A DNA stretch of 46,305 nucleotides, from positions 1-46,305 of IMG/VR virus record IMGVR_UViG_3300010043_000005; one strand, given 5' to 3'. A program made the translations under genes and the position numbers. Shown piece after piece: positions 19,218 through 28,864 of the stretch (its first letter is position 1; each line of letters begins with the position of its first letter). This DNA comes from a virus (lineage: Duplodnaviria; Caudoviricetes). Under the pieces are notes generated by a model. That model did not search any database. It saw nothing but the letters and a program-made list of their open reading frames with translations, and had not been told where the DNA came from.

Positions 19218-21644
19218 ATGGCCTTAGATACCTATAGCCCTAAGCCGACCATTTTCTCGACCGGCCAAGGGCAGTTCAATACCCCAGAACTTAACGCGCA
19301 AGGGCACCCTAAGAACAAGCCCATTGAGAGCGCGATGCAGGCTTATCAGCTGTATCTACGGTTCAAAAAGCAGAACCGCGCACGCGCTAACCGCAACAAA
19401 ATTATTGCGGATGTTTATAACGGGATGAGCCCTTACGATCAGAAGGAGCTCGAGGACCAGAACCAGGGTTGGCGGTCCAACATGTCGACTCAGTTCTTGA
19501 GCTCGATCGTCGACCGGGTAACTCCGCGCTTTACCCAAGCGGTCCACGATATCAAATACCTCACCGCCGCTGAGCTGCCAGACAGCTATGACGACTACGT
19601 CAACAAGTCGGAGATGTTCCAGTGGAAGACGACCGAGGTGATCAGGAAGTGGCCGGGCTGGACTGACTTTGTGCAGCGCGTCTCGACCGAAGATGTGCTC
19701 ATGGGCTACACCGCCGCGTTCAATATCGATGAGCATAATTGGCGACCTCGGACCTACCGCCAGGAAGACGTGTACTTCGACGAGCAGACGTCCCAGGACG
19801 TCCACCGGCTTGACTGCTTTTGCGTCGAGCAAGACTTCTACGTCCACGAGCTGATCAGCTTGCTTGAGGAGCCCGAGACCAGCGAAAAAGCCGGATTCAA
19901 TGTCCCCAACCTGCGCAACGCGATCGAGCACGCGATGCCGCCCAAAGAAGATTTGCCAAGCGATCCGCGCCAGCTCTCGGACATGGCGCGGGAGGCCAGC
20001 CTTTACTTCTCCTGGCACCGTGCCAGCAAGATGGTGCAAACCATCCACGTTTTTGTTAGGACGTACACCGGGGGAATTGATCACTGGTGGGTAAATCGTA
20101 ACAGCTCGATCATTGGCCGGGAGACTAACCCGCAAGGGATCAGCGAAGATTCACGCGGCGGCGGCGAAGAGCTTTTCTACGGTGAGGACGTCGCTCCTCG
20201 CATGGAAGATATTATCAGCCTGTTCACATTCCAAAGCGGCAACGACCGGCTCTTCGGATCCAAAGGTCTGGGCCGGTTACTCGTGAACCTTTCGATCAGT
20301 ATAGAACGCGAAAGAAATCTGTATTTTGATCAACAATACATTGCCGGATTATTAATCGGCACGGCTGAGGAAAAAGACATTCCGTTTTTGCAGCCAAAGG
20401 TGATGGCTCCTTTCCTTGTGCTGCCCAAGGGTTTCGAGCTTTTCGCCCAGCAAATGCAGTTCAATCCTGAGATCTATACAGGCCTGGACAACAAGCTCGT
20501 TTCCATCACTGAGATCATCGCCGGGACCTACATGCCGGAGCAGATCCAGGCCAACGGCCAATCGAGCCAGACGGCAACCGAGGCAACCATCGACGCGACT
20601 CGCGAAGAAGAGATCCGCCAGGGGATTTTGAATCGTTGGTGGAACCAGTTCACCCACCTCATTTCTCAGATCCAACGCCGCATTTATTCACCGCTCAACA
20701 TCAAGGCCGCGCTCGCCCAATTGGAAGCCCGGGACGAGGCCGCGAACGCGGGTTTGAAAGTTGTCGACGCCGACATGATGAAGCTGCTCTTAGAGATCGA
20801 CGCAGCAGCGGAGGAAACCTACGCGACAGCGCCGGAGCTTGGCCGGGCAGACGGCGAGGCGGTCGCGATCATCATGGAGCTTTTGGACGCCGGTCTCGCA
20901 GCCGAAGAGATCCTGGTCTTAGCCCACACTCCGGCGACCGAGTACAACTACAATGTCGGCAGCATTGAGGATAACAAACTCCTGCAATTTGCGCTTGTTG
21001 CGCAGGGCAATCCTTATTGGGACCAAGCCAAACTCAATTTTGAAAGCGGAGCTGCGATGATCGGTTACCGGCGAGCAAAGGATTTGTTTGCCGGTGACCC
21101 GTCGCTCTCGACGAATCTTGAGCAGCAGCGCGAGCAGTACAGCGAGTACACCGACATGACGCAAGGCCAAGCGATGCCGGTCAGCGACCGCGACGATCAC
21201 ATTCAGCATCTGACGGCGTTAAACCAGAAACTGATGGGATCGCTCAACACCATGCGCTCGATCCCGCCGGAAGTGATCCCAGAGGAGATGCTTAATACGA
21301 TGAAGCTCGGCCTCATGCACGGCGAGGCTCACGTCCAGGGAGAGAACAAGAAGTCTTCGACGCCCTCTGGCGGAAAGACCAAGCGGACCAAGCAGCTGCA
21401 GCCACTGGCCCAGGCGCTCTCTGAAGTCGGCAAAGGCTTCCAGCAGATCATCGAGAACCGTTCTAAGGCCCAGGCGATGGCTGCGGCCAGCGGCCAGGGG
21501 CCGATGCCCCCAGGCTACACCAACCCTGATCAAATGGGCCGCGCTCCGATCCCAGCGCATAGCCAGCTGGGACTAGCCGGTGCGCCCATGGCTCAACCGC
21601 CGCCGATGCCGAACCCCGCCGCCGTGACTGGAGTAGGAGCATGA
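19218..21644 (+). CDS. Portal protein
   Basis: 808 aa, largely helical; QTATEA motif; D.H..H motif and Pro/Gln-rich tail typical of podovirus-like portals; followed by a small gene and a scaffold-like gene. Confidence 0.75.
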   Translation: MALDTYSPKPTIFSTGQGQFNTPELNAQGHPKNKPIESAMQAYQLYLRFKKQNRARANRNKIIADVYNGMSPYDQKELEDQNQGWRSNMSTQFLSSIVDRVTPRFTQAVHDIKYLTAAELPDSYDDYVNKSEMFQWKTTEVIRKWPGWTDFVQRVSTEDVLMGYTAAFNIDEHNWRPRTYRQEDVYFDEQTSQDVHRLDCFCVEQDFYVHELISLLEEPETSEKAGFNVPNLRNAIEHAMPPKEDLPSDPRQLSDMAREASLYFSWHRASKMVQTIHVFVRTYTGGIDHWWVNRNSSIIGRETNPQGISEDSRGGGEELFYGEDVAPRMEDIISLFTFQSGNDRLFGSKGLGRLLVNLSISIERERNLYFDQQYIAGLLIGTAEEKDIPFLQPKVMAPFLVLPKGFELFAQQMQFNPEIYTGLDNKLVSITEIIAGTYMPEQIQANGQSSQTATEATIDATREEEIRQGILNRWWNQFTHLISQIQRRIYSPLNIKAALAQLEARDEAANAGLKVVDADMMKLLLEIDAAAEETYATAPELGRADGEAVAIIMELLDAGLAAEEILVLAHTPATEYNYNVGSIEDNKLLQFALVAQGNPYWDQAKLNFESGAAMIGYRRAKDLFAGDPSLSTNLEQQREQYSEYTDMTQGQAMPVSDRDDHIQHLTALNQKLMGSLNTMRSIPPEVIPEEMLNTMKLGLMHGEAHVQGENKKSSTPSGGKTKRTKQLQPLAQALSEVGKGFQQIIENRSKAQAMAAASGQGPMPPGYTNPDQMGRAPIPAHSQLGLAGAPMAQPPPMPNPAAVTGVGA

Positions 21645-21892
21645 CCAGCTGGACCGAAGAAGATCGGGGAGCGTTTTTCAAATGGGTTAGCTCGAGCCTA
21701 GGTCAGAAATTCATTCGCTACCTGCAGGAGCAAAGACCAAAGCTTCCCGATACCGGCGACATCACCCAGATGGCGATGGCCGGTGCAACCAGCCGGGGCT
21801 TCGACTTAGCCCTTACCGAGATCGAGCAGATGGCCCGGGTCAACGTCGGCCCATTAGCGCCACTCAAACGTGTGGAGGTTGAACAAGACTAG
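21641..21892 (+). CDS. Small post-portal protein (Bbp19-like position)
   Basis: SSLGQKFIRYL helix; lies between portal and scaffold genes. Confidence 0.5.
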   Translation: MTSWTEEDRGAFFKWVSSSLGQKFIRYLQEQRPKLPDTGDITQMAMAGATSRGFDLALTEIEQMARVNVGPLAPLKRVEVEQD

Positions 21893-23266
21893 ATGAGCTC
21901 TGCGTTTACAGGACAGATTCCCAGGACGGTCGACCCGAACATGTCCATCACGACCAAAGAACAGGCGCTGGACCTTGAGAAGGCCTTCGATAAAGCCTGG
22001 GGCCCTTTGGACGGGCCGGTCGTTACTGAACCTGAGCCAAAACCTGCTGAGACTGAACCGCCTCCCGCCGAGACGCCTCCCCCAGAACCAGAAGAGCCTT
22101 CGACAGAAACTGCAACGGGAAAGGAGGTCCCTCAGACAACACCACCAGACCAAAAATCGTTGGGTACTTCTGCGGAGCCGCCCCCGATTAAAGAGGCGGC
22201 TCCCACTGCGCACCCTGATGACGAGGTGGATGAGGAGCTCGACCAGATGCGGCTCCATCCTGATTCGAGGCCGGAGACTGTCGCGGACTTCCGAAAACTG
22301 CGCGGGATGCTTAAAGCCGAGCGCAAAGTCACAAAAGAGTTACGGGATCGCGTCCAGAAAAACGACCAGGAGTTAGTCAGCCTGCGGGTCTCACGTCCGG
22401 TCAGCGACCCCACCGTTCAGACCGAGCTCGAGAGTCTGCGCGACTTTAAAACCAAGCATCAGATCTTTGACGATTCCGGTTATCAAGCTAACTACGAGCA
22501 GCCAATCCGCGTCCTCTTTGATGACGTTCTCAAAGACGTCAAATCCATGTCGCCGGATAAAGAGGCGGCGGAGACCTGGGAGAAAGAGATGCGAGCTGCC
22601 GGGCCTGACCGGGTCGATCGCAATTACTGGAACGAAGGCGTCATCAGCCTTTGCCAGGACCCGCTGCACAAAGAGCGCTTGGTGCGTAAGGTCAATCTGC
22701 TTTTGGAGGCTAAAGAGAAGCGGGACGAGTTCCGCACCACGATGCAAGCGGAGCCGGATGCGTACGAGAAATTCCGGCAGCAGCAGGCCGTTGATTACTG
22801 GGCGCTCTTCGGGAAAGAAGCCGAGGACGAAGCCACTAAGATCATCCCCAACCTTGGTGAGTGGGCCTCGCCCAAAGACCTAGCGCTCGCAAAGAGTACG
22901 ACCGAGCGCACCGCCTGGGAAACTCACAACAAGACTCAAAAAGAGTACGAAGATAAGTTTAAGGAATATCTGACCGACGCGGCTACCCAAGGGCCACGCG
23001 GCATGACTCGGGTTGCCGTGCAAGCGGTCCTGGCCGAAAAATACCGGCGCGACAACGAGGGCCTCTCGGCCCGGGTTAAGAAACTTGAGGCCGAGCTGCG
23101 CAGCGCCCAGGACGAGCTCACCAAGATCTCAAGCGCCAGGAGCAGGGTGAACCACGGCACGCCTTCCTCTACCAGCACGGCCAGTAACGCTCCGGCTCCA
23201 AAGAGAAAGATCGGCCAATCCGCCGATGACGCTTTCAGTGACTACTTTGATCGAGGTATCCGATGA
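21893..23266 (+). CDS. Putative capsid scaffolding protein
   Basis: Acidic Pro/Glu-rich disordered N-terminus, long coiled coils, position after the portal gene. Confidence 0.6.
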   Translation: MSSAFTGQIPRTVDPNMSITTKEQALDLEKAFDKAWGPLDGPVVTEPEPKPAETEPPPAETPPPEPEEPSTETATGKEVPQTTPPDQKSLGTSAEPPPIKEAAPTAHPDDEVDEELDQMRLHPDSRPETVADFRKLRGMLKAERKVTKELRDRVQKNDQELVSLRVSRPVSDPTVQTELESLRDFKTKHQIFDDSGYQANYEQPIRVLFDDVLKDVKSMSPDKEAAETWEKEMRAAGPDRVDRNYWNEGVISLCQDPLHKERLVRKVNLLLEAKEKRDEFRTTMQAEPDAYEKFRQQQAVDYWALFGKEAEDEATKIIPNLGEWASPKDLALAKSTTERTAWETHNKTQKEYEDKFKEYLTDAATQGPRGMTRVAVQAVLAEKYRRDNEGLSARVKKLEAELRSAQDELTKISSARSRVNHGTPSSTSTASNAPAPKRKIGQSADDAFSDYFDRGIR

Positions 23267-24099
23267 CCGCTCCAACCGAGTACAGTCCCGCTGCCGCCGT
23301 CGAGGCCGACGTCGAGAATTCTCTCTTCTCGATGGAGTACCGAAAACCCGCTTACCCGGTGACGATCATGATGCCTTACGTGGACGGCATACGGGGCCCG
23401 GTCGTGGCTTCGATGCTCTACTACGCGAAGCATCTGGATGTCGGTTTCGAGCTGGTCGGTAACACCCTGCTTTCGACCGCGCGCAATGAGCTGGCCGATC
23501 GCTTCCTCAAGAGCAAAGCCTTGTGGAGCTTCTGGCTGGACTCCGACGTTTTCATCCCGTTTGGAAACGCCGGAGCTTTTCTCAACTACACCCAGGCGAC
23601 CAAAGGCCACGACTTCGTGCGCCACAACGCGTTAGTGCGGATGATCAAACACGATCAGCCGCTGGTGGGGGGCGTCTACGCAGGCCGCTTTAAAGGCGCA
23701 CCGCTGACGATCCAGCCGGATCTTTACCCCAGGAACCGTAACGACCAGCAGATGAGCCAAGCGCTGCGTAACGGCAACGCCGCCGGAGGGCTCCAGGCCG
23801 TTGAATGGATCGCCGCTGGGCTCATGCTCGTCCACCGCTACGTCTTTGAACGCATCATGGAGACCCAGCCGATCGAGCCTCCCTTCCCGGGTGCCTTCTA
23901 TCCCTTCTTCACCCAGTTCGGCGCTCTGGGAGAAGACGTCGCCTTTTGCGAGCGTGCCAAGCGCGCCGGGATCCATCCTTTTCTGGACACCGAGGTGCGC
24001 GCCGGGCACATTGGACTGTCAGTCTTTATGCCGGAGGATAGCCGCCCCGCAGTACCAATGCGGGGACGGCCATCACGGGAGTCGGATCAGGAAACCTGA
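23263..24099 (+). CDS. GT2-like glycosyltransferase
   Basis: ARNELADRFL, FWLDSDV (DxD), AAGLMLVHRYVFE, GEDVAFC and DT.VRAGHIG. Confidence 0.8.
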   Translation: MTAPTEYSPAAAVEADVENSLFSMEYRKPAYPVTIMMPYVDGIRGPVVASMLYYAKHLDVGFELVGNTLLSTARNELADRFLKSKALWSFWLDSDVFIPFGNAGAFLNYTQATKGHDFVRHNALVRMIKHDQPLVGGVYAGRFKGAPLTIQPDLYPRNRNDQQMSQALRNGNAAGGLQAVEWIAAGLMLVHRYVFERIMETQPIEPPFPGAFYPFFTQFGALGEDVAFCERAKRAGIHPFLDTEVRAGHIGLSVFMPEDSRPAVPMRGRPSRESDQET

Positions 24100-24449
24100 T
24101 CGAGCTGCGCCAGGATCCCCTCAGTGTAAGCTCGCGCTTCGCGGCCACGGCCATTGTAGTGCGGCATAGGAACGTCGAAGAGGGCTCCGAGCCTTCGGAT
24201 CACCGAGAGAGTAGAGACACCCTTTAGTGACTTGAGCGGCTGGCCGTCGTCACTGTAGATGGTTGACTTGTGGTCGCTGAAGTCGCTCTTAAAAGTGCGC
24301 TCCAGACTCTTGGACCATTCGAGGGGAAACCCGTAGCCTTCGACGAGGCTCTTCGAGTCAAGGATGCTCCACCCATCGCCGCCCCAATCCTCAAGGAACT
24401 TGCGGATCGAGTCGTGGCTTGGTGGTTCGGGACGATTGTTCGTTTTCAT
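24087..24449 (-). CDS. Hypothetical protein (moron-like; MKTNNRPEPP...)
   Basis: ATG at 24449 lies 5 nt after an extended -10-like TGGTATATT on the minus strand. Confidence 0.55.
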   Translation of the reverse strand: MKTNNRPEPPSHDSIRKFLEDWGGDGWSILDSKSLVEGYGFPLEWSKSLERTFKSDFSDHKSTIYSDDGQPLKSLKGVSTLSVIRRLGALFDVPMPHYNGRGREARAYTEGILAQLDQVS

Positions 24450-24561
24450 CCCATAATATACCATATGGGATTTTACCGAATCGCTCGCCATGCCGCTTCC
24501 AGAGCCAATCCGCGAAGACTCCCCAGTGAAATATTCAAGGAAATAATCGCTTGACAGGCTT

Positions 24562-26622
24562 TTAGAGAATTTGGGCGAAGGCGTTCCCGTAGGTCGATTG
24601 CGGCCACTGCAGCGTGATTGTCGCGTGCGGGTTGCGAGCGCTCCATTCGTCGTCCAAAAGCTGGACCGCCATCTGCAATTGGTCCTGGGCGATCTGGACC
24701 GGCGCAGTCGGCATGAAGGGACTCCCCGTTGTGCCGGAGCCGCCGGTACGCATCGTGGCCGCTGCGGTCATGGCCAGGATGATCGCTTCCCTCGAGCGGA
24801 CGTGCAGCGGGTCAGTCAGGTTCTCGATCTTTGACCAGTTCTTTTTGTAGCGCAGCCGGATCCGTTTGCAGAACGTGCCAATCCTGATCAGCCGGTACAT
24901 CGGCTCAGTGTCCTGGGGCCAGTACATCGAGAGATATTCCATCTGGCGGCTGGCGCGTCCGGTTGTGTCCTGCTGCGGATAGATCAGAGGGTTCAGAGCT
25001 GGCTGGAACGGGTTCTGGGCAAAGAGATGGATGAAGCTGTAGGTAGGGTCTTTGCTGACCCGCTCGATGCGCGTGAAGACGTGCGGCGAGGGCTTGAGCC
25101 GGTGCTTGAGGCAAGGAATCTCGACGCCCCACTGGCCTTGCGAATTGAGGACCGGCCTGTCTTCGTTGTAGCCGTAGACCGTGATGCGAGCGCCGTTGTC
25201 CTGGGCGAGCTCCGGCACGGCCACAAGCCAGGAGGGCCCTTTGAGCCGGTAAGCGATGGGACTCGAGCCGACTTCTTCCCAGCCTTTGGCCGCACGGTTA
25301 AAGCGGTTGATGTAGGAGGGCGCGCAAAAGCCGATTCCGTAAGGCTGATAGCGCTGAATCGGAGCCTCGGTCTGCGAGAGCTCCCACCAGGGCATCCAGT
25401 GCTCTGGGTCCTGCTTCATGTCGCGGAACTCTCCGCTGCCAGCGTAAGAGAACTCGAACCAGGGGCTATGATAAGCGCCGATCGTGCGGTTGACGTTCAT
25501 CGCGAGGATCGTGTCTACGTAGCGCGGCAACGCGACATAGCTATCCTCATCAGCGCGCAGGTCCACTAACCCCATCAGGCCATCCCAGTACTGACACTTG
25601 TTGTAGAGGAGCTCTAAGGTCGAAGTGATTCGATCAAACACTTTAGCCCGGCCAACGAAGCCGAAGACGCGGCAGGCTTCGTCGTAAATGTCAGCGACAA
25701 TGATCTCGTCCCTCTGACCGATCGTGAGGTTAAGTGCGGTTGTGACTTCAGCGGCTGCGCTAGCAGCGCTGTACTGATTGCGAGCGGCTTGTTCTTCATT
25801 GAGGTAGGTGATGGCCTGGGCTTCGTAGGGTGCCGCCAGATCCAGATGCACCTCGTCCTGATACTTGATCGCTTGGCACTGGCAGATTATAGCCTGGGCC
25901 GAGTTGAGCGGGATCACGTCTAAGAGCGATGCGATCCGCATGGTTTTACGCCGTGCGAGCATCCGCACGGTCGTGGCTTTTTGGGAAAGCTTGATGGCGC
26001 TGAACTCCGGCAGCGTGATCCCAGGGTAGTAGTGGGCGAGCACGTAGTTGCCTGCCCAGAGCGTCACCGTGCCCACTGTAACGGGTTTGACGACCTCGAG
26101 GATATCATAGCAGGACTGAGCCGATGGCGTCGGCGTACCGCCCGGCAGGGCCACTGCGAGGTCAATGTAGTGGTCGCTCCGGTCGCGGAATCTGACCTTG
26201 AGCCGCATGATCACATTGGTGTCCGATGCGTTATCGCTCATGGCCGTGAGCGTCAGTCCCCCGCGTGGAAACTTTCTCTGAATGGGGCTGGTGAGCCGGT
26301 CTTGCCATTGCCATCCGGCTTCCATGTCGCTCGAGCCCGGGCCGTTCTGGGTGAACTCGTACAGGCTCGAGTGGCTGAAGGCTGGCTGGCCGTTGATGTT
26401 GATTTTTAGCGGCTTCTCAACTTGATATGGCAACCACACGTAGTAGTCCTGCTGAACCGGCAGGTCCACGTACACCATCAGAGGGTCAAAGGTGAGGCTG
26501 CTCTGGCTAGCCTTGCGCGCCAGGGTTTCGACCGCCCTGGTTAAGACGCTAAAAAGATAGCTCTGCTCGCAGCGCCCGGTCACCTGGGCCACCTCTTGGA
26601 TGATATCTTGGACTACGATCAT
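24562..26622 (-). CDS. Putative head-tail adaptor / tail tubular protein with an internal tandem duplication
   Basis: Two homologous halves (IVVQDIIQEVAQVTG / IIVADIYDEACRVFG; YVWLPYQVE / YVALPRYVD; LYEF..NGPG / WFEF..AGSG). Confidence 0.55.
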   Translation of the reverse strand: MIVVQDIIQEVAQVTGRCEQSYLFSVLTRAVETLARKASQSSLTFDPLMVYVDLPVQQDYYVWLPYQVEKPLKININGQPAFSHSSLYEFTQNGPGSSDMEAGWQWQDRLTSPIQRKFPRGGLTLTAMSDNASDTNVIMRLKVRFRDRSDHYIDLAVALPGGTPTPSAQSCYDILEVVKPVTVGTVTLWAGNYVLAHYYPGITLPEFSAIKLSQKATTVRMLARRKTMRIASLLDVIPLNSAQAIICQCQAIKYQDEVHLDLAAPYEAQAITYLNEEQAARNQYSAASAAAEVTTALNLTIGQRDEIIVADIYDEACRVFGFVGRAKVFDRITSTLELLYNKCQYWDGLMGLVDLRADEDSYVALPRYVDTILAMNVNRTIGAYHSPWFEFSYAGSGEFRDMKQDPEHWMPWWELSQTEAPIQRYQPYGIGFCAPSYINRFNRAAKGWEEVGSSPIAYRLKGPSWLVAVPELAQDNGARITVYGYNEDRPVLNSQGQWGVEIPCLKHRLKPSPHVFTRIERVSKDPTYSFIHLFAQNPFQPALNPLIYPQQDTTGRASRQMEYLSMYWPQDTEPMYRLIRIGTFCKRIRLRYKKNWSKIENLTDPLHVRSREAIILAMTAAATMRTGGSGTTGSPFMPTAPVQIAQDQLQMAVQLLDDEWSARNPHATITLQWPQSTYGNAFAQIL

Positions 26623-26801
26623 TTTGGCGGCTCAGTACTTCCGAAACTCCCCTGGACTAGCTTTTGCTCCTCTTTGTCGATTTGGCCCACCATATTGGTA
26701 GTCTTTATCTGGCGCTCTTCCATGCGGCCAAGGGTTACATGCAGTTCATCGATCTTCTCCTCGATGCGCTGCAACCATCCAGAGAGGCTGTCTTCGGCCA
26801 T
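26619..26801 (-). CDS. Small coiled-coil hypothetical protein
   Basis: LQRIEEKIDEL; ATGA-coupled. Confidence 0.5.
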   Translation of the reverse strand: MAEDSLSGWLQRIEEKIDELHVTLGRMEERQIKTTNMVGQIDKEEQKLVQGSFGSTEPPK

Positions 26802-26803
26802 AG

Positions 26804-27184
26804 CTATTTTGTTGAGGTAACTTTCTCTGCTTCTTTAACCCGGGCCCGGTCGCGTTCCCTGTCCCGGTCGTGCTTGTCCATTGCGTCCTCGACCTGTTCC
26901 CGACTCGTCTTGCGCGGGTGAGAATTCTTCGAGCTTCCGCCTCCGCCTTTGTGTTGGAACTCGTGGATGTCGAGGTCGTAGTGGTGAGTCTCTTTCCCGT
27001 CGCGGTCGCTGCGGACCTCGTGGCCTTTACACTTGCCTTTACACGTGGCCTCGAACTCGTGGCCAGCCTCAAGGCCTTCGATCGCCTTGGGCAATTCTCG
27101 CAAGGAGAGCCCAGGAGCAATCTCCTCATTCTCGGACGGCTTCAGCACCCTGAACTCGTCCTTCATTTTTCTAGTGACTTTCAT
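26804..27184 (-). CDS. Charged hypothetical protein
   Basis: 126 aa, coupled to its neighbours. Confidence 0.6.
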   Translation of the reverse strand: MKVTRKMKDEFRVLKPSENEEIAPGLSLRELPKAIEGLEAGHEFEATCKGKCKGHEVRSDRDGKETHHYDLDIHEFQHKGGGGSSKNSHPRKTSREQVEDAMDKHDRDRERDRARVKEAEKVTSTK

Positions 27185-27888
27185 AAAAGGGGAGGGAACT
27201 GATCCCAGTTAATCTGGGGCAGCGCGGCTCGAGCGCTTTCATACCCACCCCAGGCGATGAAATGATCATACGCGGCTTTTGCTAATTCGTCAGTAGGCCG
27301 GGGCCAACCGATCGCTGAGCCTGGGAAATAGATCATGGCGATAATCTCTTCCTCGGTGCCACCGCGCTGGCAGTCGCCGCTCAAGCCCAGGGCCGTGTTG
27401 AGCGCGATCGAGCCTTCTCCGATCTGATTGGCCGGGCCGACGTCGGCATAGAGCGCCCAGGTCATTTTTGAGCTCTTCTCGTTAAAGACCACGAAGAGAT
27501 CGCCCAGCATCTGAGCGGGGCTAAACTTGGGCTTCGAAGGCAGCACCACAAAAGGGATCTGGCCGGAATTGACGTAACGCCTGGGGTTGGAGGCCGCGAG
27601 GCTATGGTCCTCCAGTGAGGTCGTACTCACAAAGAAGCCTGGAGCCGGATCGCTCGCCTCCTGAATGAAGGGAATGCCTTCACCATCGCAGGCAAGGCCC
27701 CACCAGTTGCCCGGGTGCCCGGCGTTCGCTAGAAAATCAAGCCCAGGCGGTCGGCCATTGGGATTGTAACAACGCGGGTCACCGTCTCCGTCGACCGCCA
27801 GCTTGCAGGTCCAGAACAGGGTGCCCGGCTTATTGTCCAACTGCATGATCCAATTGCTTCCAAAGGTATGAACGGCGCTTCTACTCAT
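27181..27888 (-). CDS. Glycoside hydrolase family 75 (chitosanase-like) protein, candidate endolysin
   Basis: LAVDGDG, STTSL, YVNS..IPFVVLP, LGDL and ADVGP..IGEGSIAL..ALG are GH75 motifs. Confidence 0.75.
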   Translation of the reverse strand: MSRSAVHTFGSNWIMQLDNKPGTLFWTCKLAVDGDGDPRCYNPNGRPPGLDFLANAGHPGNWWGLACDGEGIPFIQEASDPAPGFFVSTTSLEDHSLAASNPRRYVNSGQIPFVVLPSKPKFSPAQMLGDLFVVFNEKSSKMTWALYADVGPANQIGEGSIALNTALGLSGDCQRGGTEEEIIAMIYFPGSAIGWPRPTDELAKAAYDHFIAWGGYESARAALPQINWDQFPPLL

Positions 27889-28211
27889 TGGGTATCAGCC
27901 TGTGAGAGTGGGCTCTCCTGGGGTTGAGGGTTGAGGGCTTCAACATCCTCTTGAACTGTCGTCAGTGAGGTTTGAAGTCCCGTAATTCCGTTTCCAGCGC
28001 TAATGGCTTTATTCTGAATGTCAGTGTCGATGCTCAGCAGATTTTTCCTGAACTGGCTCGCGTTCTGTTCGTTGTTTTGGATCAGCTGTTTGAGATCTTT
28101 AAGCTCGGTATCGTAAGTCGTGAGCTTATTATTGACTCCGTTCCAGAGGGTGTTGCCGATCATAAAAACGACCACAAAAGCCAGCGCATAAATGTAGAGC
28201 GGTTGATGCAT
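27885..28211 (-). CDS. Membrane-anchored coiled-coil protein (lysis/spanin-like candidate)
   Basis: N-terminal hydrophobic helix LYIYALAFVVVFMIG followed by a coiled coil; adjacent to the hydrolase gene. Confidence 0.5.
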   Translation of the reverse strand: MHQPLYIYALAFVVVFMIGNTLWNGVNNKLTTYDTELKDLKQLIQNNEQNASQFRKNLLSIDTDIQNKAISAGNGITGLQTSLTTVQEDVEALNPQPQESPLSQADTQ

Positions 28212-28660
28212 CAGCGGTGCTTAGGCGGTTGGTTTTGCTGCTGCGGCTCAAAATTGGCTGGCGGCGTACTGGACTGGACCGGCACATAGGGAGTTGCTTG
28301 TGTTTGGGCTCTGACAAAGCTCGCGATCCTGCGCTCGTCCCGTTTGAGGTCAGCCTGGAGTTGTACGAGCCCCTGCTCACCAGTCGATACTCTGGAATCG
28401 AGTTGGCCTTGAGCGGCTTTCAGCGCGCTGACTTGCGCCAGCTGATCGTTGAGGATCGAAACCTTGCTGACGATCTCGGTCTGAGTCTTTTTAAGACTGT
28501 CCAGGTCATCATTGGTCGTCGTGTGGTTGGTGTTAGCCGTGTACTGCTGCATCACCGCCGCGACCACAATGGTCGCGATCGTCGCTAAGGGCCCGGCTTG
28601 CGCCGGGAGACCTGCGAGCCCTCCCCCAGCGGTGGGCGGCGGTGTCCCTTCATCCGGCAC
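28211..28660 (-). CDS. Membrane-anchored coiled-coil protein (lysis candidate)
   Basis: Hydrophobic LATIATIVVAAVM followed by a coiled coil. Confidence 0.5.
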   Translation of the reverse strand: MPDEGTPPPTAGGGLAGLPAQAGPLATIATIVVAAVMQQYTANTNHTTTNDDLDSLKKTQTEIVSKVSILNDQLAQVSALKAAQGQLDSRVSTGEQGLVQLQADLKRDERRIASFVRAQTQATPYVPVQSSTPPANFEPQQQNQPPKHR

Positions 28661-28862
28661 GTCGCTTCCTGAACCCTCCTTTTGGCTTTTTAGCGATCCG
28701 ATGCAAGTCGCGAGCCGGGATATCCTGCGCGATCTTGGCCGCTGCGGAGCTATAGCTTATTGGGGTCGTGCCCTCTTGCATTCCGCGAGCCGCTCCCATC
28801 AGCCGCTGTTGAGCTGGGGTCGTCTTTTTGCCTCTGATCGTTCCTACCTTTTTTCCTGGCAT
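28650..28862 (-). CDS. Small basic protein, DUF3008-like
   Basis: AQQRLMGAA..G...AAAKIAQDI..RDL..IA..PKGG resembles DUF3008. Confidence 0.45.
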   Translation of the reverse strand: MPGKKVGTIRGKKTTPAQQRLMGAARGMQEGTTPISYSSAAAKIAQDIPARDLHRIAKKPKGGFRKRRAG

Positions 28863-28864
28863 AG

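Noticed and set aside
19356-20135. Long antisense ORFs (also 232..933, 7202..7939, 34734..35534, 45211..45864)
   Set aside because: Shadow ORFs opposite well-supported genes, expected with GC-rich codon bias; no motifs.
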